A stretch of 32,000 nucleotides of DNA from Paracoccus suum (GTDB taxonomy: Bacteria > Pseudomonadota > Alphaproteobacteria > Rhodobacterales > Rhodobacteraceae): assembly GCF_003324675.1 (NCBI RefSeq), contig NZ_CP030918.1, positions 2,430,001 to 2,462,000 on the forward strand, written 5' to 3'. The stretch's first letter is position 1; every line of letters starts with the position of its first letter. A model generated the notes under the pieces. It was not told the DNA's origin. It did not search any database and worked only from the letters and a program-made list of their open reading frames with translations. Both the position numbers and the translations under genes were made by a program. Shown in pieces: positions 10,018 through 16,960 of this stretch.

Positions 10018-10970
10018 TGCACATCGCCCGGACCATTGCGGCCGGCCTTACATTGGCGGTCATTCTGGCTGGCTCCGGATGGGCGCAAACCGCGCCCGGC
10101 AACGCCCCAGTCGTGGTGCCGGGCCCAGCGGCTGACGGGGCACCCCCGGAGGCACAGCAGCCGGGCGGCGCACCCATGCCCGGCGCGCCGTTCCCGGGCG
10201 CTGCGACGGCGCCGGCGGCGGAACTCGCTTCGCAAACATCCTTCCGGGTTTGTGCCGATCCGGCCAATGCGCCGATGTCGGTCAAGGACGGCAGCGGCTT
10301 CGAGAACCGCATTGCGGAACTGTTCGCGGCCAAGCTCGACCGGCCGCTGGAATACACCTGGTTCCCGCAGACGACCGGCTTCATCCGCAAGACCCTGCGC
10401 GCTTTCGCCTGCGATGTCGTCATCGGCTATGCCCAGGGCGACCAGCTGGTGCAGAACACCAACCATTACTACAGCTCGGCCTATGTGATCGTGACGCTGG
10501 CCGGGGGACCGCTCGACGGGGTCGACCGCATCAGCGATCCGCGCCTGCTGGGACACCGCATCGGGGTGACCGAGTCCTCGCCCCCGGTCAATCACATGTT
10601 GCACGCCGGGTTGCTGAAGACTGCAGCCTATTATCCACTGTTCGTCGATCGGCGCGTGCAGGACCCGGCCGGCGACATGCTGCGCGATCTGCACGCAGGC
10701 AAGATCGATGCCGCCATCCTCTGGGGGCCGATTGGCGGGCCGGCCGTCAAGGCCGATCCCAGCCTGACGATGGCGCCGCTGCTGCATGAGGTGGGCCAGC
10801 CCAAGTTGGTCTATCGCATCACCATGGGCGTCCGGCCGGCGGACCAGGCGTGGAAACGCCAGTTGAACAGCCTCATCCGCCGTAACCAGGCCGAGATCGA
10901 CGCAATCCTGCGCGATTCTGGCGTGCCACTGATTGATGACGAAGGCACCGCGCTCAAGCCTCCGGCATGA
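10017..10970 (+). CDS. xoxJ: XoxJ/MoxJ-type periplasmic binding protein (quinoprotein dehydrogenase-associated substrate-binding protein)
   Basis: ATG 10017 overlaps the xoxG stop (TGATG); ATG 10005 is an alternative. Signal peptide MHIARTIAAGLTLAVILAGSGWA/QT, then a Pro/Ala-rich linker, then FRVCADPANAPMSVKDGSGFENRIAELFA...GKIDAAILWGP, typical of MoxJ-like type 2 binding proteins. Confidence 0.85.
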   Translation: MHIARTIAAGLTLAVILAGSGWAQTAPGNAPVVVPGPAADGAPPEAQQPGGAPMPGAPFPGAATAPAAELASQTSFRVCADPANAPMSVKDGSGFENRIAELFAAKLDRPLEYTWFPQTTGFIRKTLRAFACDVVIGYAQGDQLVQNTNHYYSSAYVIVTLAGGPLDGVDRISDPRLLGHRIGVTESSPPVNHMLHAGLLKTAAYYPLFVDRRVQDPAGDMLRDLHAGKIDAAILWGPIGGPAVKADPSLTMAPLLHEVGQPKLVYRITMGVRPADQAWKRQLNSLIRRNQAEIDAILRDSGVPLIDDEGTALKPPA

Positions 10971-11503
10971 GACGCCTCCTTGCAACGGCGCTGGCCGCGC
11001 TTGCCCTCGCGATCCCCGCAGCAGCCGAGACGGTGCCAGAGCCGGACAGCTATCATGCTGCGCCCTATGAAGCGCCCGTACCGGAGACGCTGAGACGGGC
11101 AAACGTCGTCGACGCCGCCGGCGCGATGCGCCTGCGCGAGGCCGGGGCGGCCTTCATCGACGTGCTGCCGCAGACCCGCCGTCCCGAAGGCTTGCCGGCC
11201 GGGACTTTCTGGCGCGTACCGCCCCATGACAGCATCCCCGGTGCACTGTGGCTGCCCGACGCGGGGTTCGAGCGGCTGACGCCGACCGAGGAGGCGGCAC
11301 TGAGTGCCGGCCTTCAGCGCGCTACAGGTGGTGATCGGGACAAGCCGCTGGTCATTTTCTGCCGCCCGGACTGCTGGCTCAGCTGGAACGCCGCGCGACG
11401 GGCGGTCGCGCTTGGCTATAGCGCGGTCAACTGGTTTCCCGGTGGCACTGCCGCATGGGAGGCCGCGGGCGGCACGCTCGAGCCGGTCGCCCCATCGGAG
11501 TGA
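10967..11503 (+). CDS. rhodanese-like protein with a CXXCW motif (PQQ-dependent catabolism-associated CXXCW motif protein)
   Basis: ATGA overlap with xoxJ. Signal peptide MRRLLATALAALALAIPAAA/ET. The motif PLVIFCRPDCWLSWNAARRAVALGY has CRPDCW at 11360-11377. The rhodanese-like ending is NWFPGGTAAWEAAGG. Confidence 0.85.
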   Translation: MRRLLATALAALALAIPAAAETVPEPDSYHAAPYEAPVPETLRRANVVDAAGAMRLREAGAAFIDVLPQTRRPEGLPAGTFWRVPPHDSIPGALWLPDAGFERLTPTEEAALSAGLQRATGGDRDKPLVIFCRPDCWLSWNAARRAVALGYSAVNWFPGGTAAWEAAGGTLEPVAPSE

Positions 11504-11586
11504 TCGCTTAGGACCAAGGTCTTAGCTCACAAAGCTGGCAAGCTTGCCGGCCATCGGTCTAACATCAAGGACGGGGAGGGGTGACG

Positions 11587-12927
11587 ATGGGAAAGGGGAC
11601 CGGCGCAGCACTTTTGGCAATCCATGCCATGACGTTGACCGGTGCCGCGATCCCCGCCAGTGCGCCCGTCAGCCCGCCCTCGACTGCCCAACCCGCGAGC
11701 CCTCTGGCCGCTCCTGTGGCTCCTGCGGCAGCCTCTCAGCCCGCCAACCCTGCCGGGGCGCCCGCAGCCGCAGCTTCGTCAAACGCGAAGCTGCCCACTG
11801 CGGGCGAAATACGCGCCGGGGTGCTTAGGGTCGACACGCCAACGCTGCCGCCGGCATCGCGGCTCGATCTGCCTCCACCCGACCTCGGACTGGTTGGGGC
11901 AGAGCTTGCCACCCGCGACAACGCGACCACGGGCGGTTTCCTGGGTCAGACCTTCACAACCGAAACCGCGACCGCGACCCCGCAGGATGCGGTCGCGAAG
12001 TTGGAACGCCTGATCGACGGCGGCAGCGCGTTCATCGTGGTCATGGCGGACGACGCACAGACGCTGGCGCTCGCCGATGCGGCGCGCGCCAAGGCTGGGG
12101 ACAAGGTGTTGATCCTGAACGCGCTGGCCGAGGGGGACGACCTGCGCGGGGACGACTGCCGCGCGAACGTCATCCATGTCGCCGCCTCGCGCGCGATGAA
12201 ATCCGATGCGCTGGCGCAGTTCCTGATGTGGAAGCGATGGGGCAAGTGGTACCTGGTGGAAGGCAGCCACCCGCGGGACAAAGCCCTCGCCGCCGCCTAT
12301 GCCCGCGCCGCGACCAAGTTCGGCGCCAAGCTGGTCGAAACGCGCGAATTTACCGACACCGGCGGGGGCCGCCGGACCGATACCGGCTATGTCCAGATCC
12401 AGCAGCAGATGCCGGTTTTTACGCAGCGCGCACCCGGCCATGACGTACTGGTCGCGGCGGACGAGGCGGGCACCTTCGCGCCCTATCTGCCCTACCAGAC
12501 GTGGGACGCGCGCCCGGTCGTCGGTTCGGCCGGGCTGACGCCGGTCACCTGGCACCCCGCGGCAGAGGCTTGGGGCGGGACGCAACTGCAAACCCGGTTC
12601 GAGGCGCTGGCCCACCGGCCGATGCGCGAGGCGGATTACCAGGTGTGGCTGGCGCTGCGCCTGCTGGGCGAGGCCGCAAGCCGCGCGCCCAGCACGGATT
12701 TCGCGGCGCTGCGCGATCGCCTGTTGGGCCCGCAGTTCGAGGTCGGCGCCTTCAAGGGTCAAAAGCTGACGATCCGTGACTGGGACCATCAACTGCGCCA
12801 GCCGATCCTGTTGGCGACGCCCGCCATCGTTGCCTCGGTCTCGCCGCAGGACCAGTATCTGCACCAGACCAGTGCGCTCGACACGCTCGGGATCGACCGC
12901 CCCGAATCCACCTGCAAGCTGAAGTGA
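11587..12927 (+). CDS. periplasmic substrate-binding protein, type 1 (LivK-like), of the PQQ-dehydrogenase-associated ABC system
   Basis: GGAGG ends 7 nt before ATG 11587; the track start is GTG 11581. The N-terminal hydrophobic region is followed by an Ala/Pro/Ser-rich linker (PASAPVSPPSTAQPASPLAAPVAPAAASQPANPAGAPAAAAS). The binding-protein body follows (AFIVVMADDAQTLALADAARAKAGDKVLILNALAEGDDLRGDDC...WKRWGKWYLVEGSHPRDKALAAAY). Confidence 0.8.
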   Translation: MGKGTGAALLAIHAMTLTGAAIPASAPVSPPSTAQPASPLAAPVAPAAASQPANPAGAPAAAASSNAKLPTAGEIRAGVLRVDTPTLPPASRLDLPPPDLGLVGAELATRDNATTGGFLGQTFTTETATATPQDAVAKLERLIDGGSAFIVVMADDAQTLALADAARAKAGDKVLILNALAEGDDLRGDDCRANVIHVAASRAMKSDALAQFLMWKRWGKWYLVEGSHPRDKALAAAYARAATKFGAKLVETREFTDTGGGRRTDTGYVQIQQQMPVFTQRAPGHDVLVAADEAGTFAPYLPYQTWDARPVVGSAGLTPVTWHPAAEAWGGTQLQTRFEALAHRPMREADYQVWLALRLLGEAASRAPSTDFAALRDRLLGPQFEVGAFKGQKLTIRDWDHQLRQPILLATPAIVASVSPQDQYLHQTSALDTLGIDRPESTCKLK

Positions 12928-12935
12928 GGGTCCCG

Positions 12936-13916
12936 ATGCGACATCCCGCCGTCCGCCCCCTGGTGCTCAGCGCGCTGCTGTTAGTCCCCGTGCCCGCACT
13001 GGCGGCCAAGGTCTATGTCACCAACGAAAAGGGCAACAGCGTCACCGTGCTGGACGCCACCACGCTGGAAGTCGTCGGCACCCATCCGGTCGGTGCGCGG
13101 CCGCGTGGCATCACCATCGCCCCGGACGGGAGCGAGCTGTATGTCTGCGTCTCGGACGAGGATACGGTCAAGGTCTACGACCCGAAAACGATGGCCGAGT
13201 TGCACCGCCTGCCGTCCGGCCCGGACCCCGAACTGTTCGTGCTGCACCCCTCGGGCAACCCGCTCTACATCGCCAACGAGGATGACAATCTGGTCACCGT
13301 GGTCGACACCAAGACCCATCAGGTCCTGGCCGAGATCCCGGTCGGGGTCGAGCCGGAGGGGATGGGGATCTCGCCCGATGGCAAGGTGGTGGTCAACACC
13401 TCCGAGACGACCAACATGGCCCATTTCATCGACACGACGACCCACGAGATCACCGCCAACGTTCTGGTGGACCAACGCCCGCGCTTTGCCCAGTTCAGCG
13501 ATGACGGCAGCCGGCTTTACGTCTCGTCCGAGATCGGCGGCACGGTCAGCGTCATCGATCCGGCGACCCAGACCGTCACCGGCACCATAAAGTTCGAGAT
13601 CCAGGGCGTGCTGCCCGAGGCGATCCAGCCGGTCGGGGTCAAGGTCACGCATGACGGCAAGACGATCTTCGTCGCCCTCGGGCCGGCGAACCGGGTTGCG
13701 GTGGTCAATGCCGACACGCTGGAGGTCGAGGATTACCTTTTGACCGGGCAGCGGGTCTGGCAACTGGCCTTCAATGCCGATCAGAGCCGGCTGTTCACCA
13801 CCAATGGCAACAGCAACGACGTTTCGATCATCGATGTCCCGGCGCGCAAGGTGATCCAATCGGTGCAGGTCGGTCAGCAGCCTTGGGGCGTTGTTGTCGG
13901 ACCTGACAAACCATGA
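12936..13916 (+). CDS. YVTN-family beta-propeller protein (PQQ-dependent catabolism-associated beta-propeller protein)
   Basis: GTGAGGG acts as SD 5 nt before ATG 12936; GTG 12924, overlapping the previous stop, is an alternative start. Signal peptide MRHPAVRPLVLSALLLVPVPALA/AK. Repeated blades follow: VYVTNEKGNSVTVLD, LYVCVSDEDTVKVYD, LYIANEDDNLVTVVD, LYVSSEIGGTVSVID, LFTTNGNSNDVSIID. Confidence 0.85.
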   Translation: MRHPAVRPLVLSALLLVPVPALAAKVYVTNEKGNSVTVLDATTLEVVGTHPVGARPRGITIAPDGSELYVCVSDEDTVKVYDPKTMAELHRLPSGPDPELFVLHPSGNPLYIANEDDNLVTVVDTKTHQVLAEIPVGVEPEGMGISPDGKVVVNTSETTNMAHFIDTTTHEITANVLVDQRPRFAQFSDDGSRLYVSSEIGGTVSVIDPATQTVTGTIKFEIQGVLPEAIQPVGVKVTHDGKTIFVALGPANRVAVVNADTLEVEDYLLTGQRVWQLAFNADQSRLFTTNGNSNDVSIIDVPARKVIQSVQVGQQPWGVVVGPDKP

Positions 13917-14497
13917 GGACGAGCATGCAGATTCAATTCGGTCTGGCGCTGCTAGCGCTGTTAGCGAGCGGCTGGGCCGTGGCGGCGCAGGACGCAGCCA
14001 AGGCACCCGTTGATACCGCTCCGAATGGCGCGGTGGCCCAAGCGGAGGCGCCTGACGCCGATGACACTGACGCCGACAGCGGCGAAGCGCCTGCCGCCGC
14101 CGCCAGCGTTGCCGGTCCCGGGCATCACGACTACGGGCCCTCCGGCATCATGAGCCGCGCCAACCGCGAAGATCTGGCGCCCCTAACGCTCGCCTCCGGC
14201 AAGCCCGTCGCCGGCGCCCCGTACAGGTTGAAGTCGGGGGGCTACTACCGGATCGAGGTCTCCGCCGATGGCTCGGCCGAACTGGCCCTTTCCGGCGGCG
14301 ATTTCTTCCGTGCCATCTGGGTCAACGAGGTGGTCATCAACGATATCGAGATCAGGCCCATGGGTCTGCACAGCCTGGAGTTCGACGACGCCGGCACGGC
14401 CACCATCAGCTTCGTCGCAATCCGGCCCGGCAGCTACGCCCTGTCCGTCCCCGGATCCAGCGGCGAGGGCCAGAAAGCTACGTTCGTGATCGAATGA
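13913..14497 (+). CDS. secreted hypothetical protein (acidic linker plus beta-rich C-terminal domain)
   Basis: ATGA overlaps at both ends (13913-13916 and 14494-14497) embed it in the operon. Signal peptide MRTSMQIQFGLALLALLASGWAVAA/QD. An acidic stretch DADDTDADSGE lies at 14054-14086. The C-terminal ~110 aa has an alternating beta pattern (YYRIEVSADGSAELALSGGDFFRAIWVNEVVINDIEIRP...TATISFVAIRPGSYALSV...ATFVIE). It has no Cys. I do not recognise a family. Confidence 0.65.
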   Translation: MRTSMQIQFGLALLALLASGWAVAAQDAAKAPVDTAPNGAVAQAEAPDADDTDADSGEAPAAAASVAGPGHHDYGPSGIMSRANREDLAPLTLASGKPVAGAPYRLKSGGYYRIEVSADGSAELALSGGDFFRAIWVNEVVINDIEIRPMGLHSLEFDDAGTATISFVAIRPGSYALSVPGSSGEGQKATFVIE

Positions 14498-15243
14498 CCC
14501 AAGACGTCGCCCTTCGTCCACCGGCGCTGCTGGTCGAGGGTGTCAGCCACGCCTTTGGTCTGACCCGAGCCCTGGACGGGGTGTCGCTTCAGGTGATGGC
14601 GGGGCAGTTCGTGGCCCTGCTGGGCATCAACGGGGCCGGCAAATCGACGCTGATCAATGTCGCAACCCGCCTCTACGACAGCGGCGCAGGACGGGTCGCG
14701 ATTGCCGGCCATGACCTGCGCCGCGCTCCCTCTGCCGCGCTCGCGCGTCTGGGCGTGGTGTTCCAGAGCCGCGCCCTCGATGCGGACCTGACCGTGGCGC
14801 AGAACCTGCACTACCACGCGGCGCTGCATGGGATCGGCCGGGCGGAGGCGCGGGGGCGGATCGCCGAGGTCCTGGCCCTGGTAGATCTGCAGGACAAAGC
14901 CCGCGCCCGCGTCGCCACCTTGTCGGGCGGGCAGGTCCGCCGCGCCGAGATCGCCCGCGCCCTGATCCACCGGCCCGAGGTCATGATCCTCGACGAGCCG
15001 ACCACCGGCCTCGATGTCCGCTCTCGGGCCGAGGTTCTCGCCCTCACCCAGCGCCTGACGCGGACCGGCGCGGTCGGCGTCTTGTGGGCCACCCACCTGC
15101 TGGCCGAGGTGACCGAGGCTGACGCCATCATCGTCCTGCATCAGGGGCGCGTACTGTGGTCCGGGCCGCCACAGGATTTGGCGCGGGAGGGCGATCTGAC
15201 CGCCGCCTTCCTCAGCCTGACCGGCGCGCAGGCGGCGGCATGA
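14494..15243 (+). CDS. ABC transporter ATP-binding protein (PedB/LutE-like)
   Basis: Walker A GINGAGKST, signature LSGGQVRR, Walker B VMILDEPTTGLD, H-loop WATHLL. ATGA overlaps occur at both ends. Confidence 0.92.
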   Translation: MTQDVALRPPALLVEGVSHAFGLTRALDGVSLQVMAGQFVALLGINGAGKSTLINVATRLYDSGAGRVAIAGHDLRRAPSAALARLGVVFQSRALDADLTVAQNLHYHAALHGIGRAEARGRIAEVLALVDLQDKARARVATLSGGQVRRAEIARALIHRPEVMILDEPTTGLDVRSRAEVLALTQRLTRTGAVGVLWATHLLAEVTEADAIIVLHQGRVLWSGPPQDLAREGDLTAAFLSLTGAQAAA

Positions 15244-16130
15244 ACGCGATTTCGAACGCGGAGGCGCAGTCCGTACCAGCCCCGGCCGACGCGGCGGTGG
15301 GTCCCGGCAATGCCTCCGCGCCCCCCCGGCTGCCACCCCGCGCCTACGCCATTGCCTTCGCCGGCATCGCCCGGCGCGAGGCACTGCGCTTTGTCAACCA
15401 GCGGGGCCGCTTCCTGGCCGCACTCGTGCGGCCGCTCGTCTGGTTGTTCATCTTTGCCGCAGGATTCCGCGCAGTGCTCGGGCTGTCCATCACGCCCCCC
15501 TACAACACCTATGTCCTTTACGAAGTCTATGTGACGCCCGGCCTCGTTGCGATGATCCAACTATTCAACGGCATGCAATCCTCGCTCTCGATGGTCTATG
15601 ACCGCGAGACGGGGGCGATGCGCACCTTGCTGGTCAGCCCGCTGCCTCGCTGGTTCCTGCTGCTTTCCAAGCTCGTCGCCGGGGTGTTCGTTTCGATCAT
15701 CCAAGCGGCCGTCTTTCTGGCGATTGCCTGGCTCTGGGATATCCGCCCGCCGCTGCTCGGCTATCTCGCGGTCGTGCCCGCACTGGTGCTGTCAGGCCTG
15801 ATGCTGGGCGCGCTTGGGCTGCTGCTCAGCTCGGCCATCCGCCAGCTCGAGAATTTTGCCGGGGTCATGAACTTCGTGATCTTCCCGATGTTCTTCGCCT
15901 CCAGCGCGCTCTATCCGCTCTGGCGCATGAACGAGGGCAGCCCGCTGCTGCGCGACATCTGTGCGCTGAACCCCTTTACCTACGCGGTCGAACTGATCCG
16001 CTTTGCCCTCTACCTTCAGGTGGACTGGCTGTCGCTGGGCGTCGTCATGGGCTGCCTGGTGCTGTTCTTTGGCCTCGCCGTCAGGCTGTACGATCCCGCG
16101 CGGGGCGGCCCGCGCCGAAAGGAGGGGTGA
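15240..16130 (+). CDS. ABC-2 type transporter permease (PedC/LutF-like)
   Basis: ATG 15240 overlaps the ATPase stop (ATGA); the track start 15156 lies inside the ATPase gene. The 296-aa protein has about six hydrophobic helices (FLAALVRPLVWLFIFAAGF, VTPGLVAMIQLFNGM, LLLSKLVAGVFVSIIQAAVFLAIAWLW, YLAVVPALVLSGLMLGALGLLLSSAI, VMNFVIFPMFFASSALYPL, LSLGVVMGCLVLFFGLAV). Confidence 0.85.
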   Translation: MNAISNAEAQSVPAPADAAVGPGNASAPPRLPPRAYAIAFAGIARREALRFVNQRGRFLAALVRPLVWLFIFAAGFRAVLGLSITPPYNTYVLYEVYVTPGLVAMIQLFNGMQSSLSMVYDRETGAMRTLLVSPLPRWFLLLSKLVAGVFVSIIQAAVFLAIAWLWDIRPPLLGYLAVVPALVLSGLMLGALGLLLSSAIRQLENFAGVMNFVIFPMFFASSALYPLWRMNEGSPLLRDICALNPFTYAVELIRFALYLQVDWLSLGVVMGCLVLFFGLAVRLYDPARGGPRRKEG

Positions 16131-16960
16131 TGCGATTTCTTGTGACAGCTTCGGGCGCGGCCTTGGGCCTAATGCTTGCGGCCCCGGCTATGGCGGCCGA
16201 GGCGACCGCCGAATGGCCCTGCGTACAGCCGCGCCAGCCGCATCTGTCGATCGGCCAGATGTGGACCGGCCCGGCTCCGACACCGCAGGCCGAGGCGCTC
16301 GCCAAGAATGACCAGACGATCGACACGCTGGCCGAGACTCTCGCCCTGCGGCGCGTGCCGATCGATTCCGCGCGCGAGCTGATCGACGCCTTCGCTGTGG
16401 AGGCGACCCCGGAGCAGCGCACTGCACTGATGCTCGCGACCCTGGCGCGGGTTGACCGACAGCGGACCGCGATCCTTGATGGCATCACGCGCTATGGCGA
16501 GGGGCAGGCCGACCTTGCACGCCACGTCGCAGAGCGTCGCGCGACCCTTGACGCGATGGCGCAGGAAGCCAAGCCCGATTTCGACAAGATCGATGCCGAG
16601 GAAGAAAAGCTCGACTGGGATCAGCGCATCTTTGAAGAGCGGCGCCAGATGCTGAGCGCGGTCTGCGAAAGCCCGGTGCTGATGGAGCAGCGCTTGTTCG
16701 AGATCGCACGCCTCATCGCCGCCGCGCCGGAAGGTGCGGGTGGGTCAGACGTGGCGGGGACCGAAGAGACGGGCGCAAAACCCGACAAGGTAAACGCGGC
16801 GGGAAACGACACGCCTGTTGCGGGCGAAGCGAAACCGGCGGGGGCCGACGCGGCGCCAAGCCCGCCAGGGACGACGGCGGACGGGACGGAAACGCCAGGC
16901 GTGGACGCCTCGGGGGCTGGTGCGACCGGGCCGGGAATTACTCCCACTCAAGCTCCTTGA
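16130..16960 (+). CDS. secreted hypothetical protein (helical, two Cys, disordered C-terminal tail)
   Basis: GTGATG at 16127-16132 overlaps the permease stop, so the start is GTG 16127 or ATG 16130. Signal peptide MRFLVTASGAALGLMLAAPAMA/AE. The body is predicted helical with Cys in EWPCVQP and SAVCESP. The last ~70 aa are Gly/Ala/Pro/Thr-rich. I do not recognise a family. Confidence 0.6.
   Translation: MRFLVTASGAALGLMLAAPAMAAEATAEWPCVQPRQPHLSIGQMWTGPAPTPQAEALAKNDQTIDTLAETLALRRVPIDSARELIDAFAVEATPEQRTALMLATLARVDRQRTAILDGITRYGEGQADLARHVAERRATLDAMAQEAKPDFDKIDAEEEKLDWDQRIFEERRQMLSAVCESPVLMEQRLFEIARLIAAAPEGAGGSDVAGTEETGAKPDKVNAAGNDTPVAGEAKPAGADAAPSPPGTTADGTETPGVDASGAGATGPGITPTQAP

Noticed and set aside
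14054-14086. Reading DADDTDADSGE in the small secreted protein as an EF-hand/lanmodulin-like lanthanide loop
   Set aside because: The spacing does not fit the canonical 12-residue EF loop, because the Glu falls at position 11 rather than 12. There are no flanking helices and only one copy. It is retained only as an acidic stretch.
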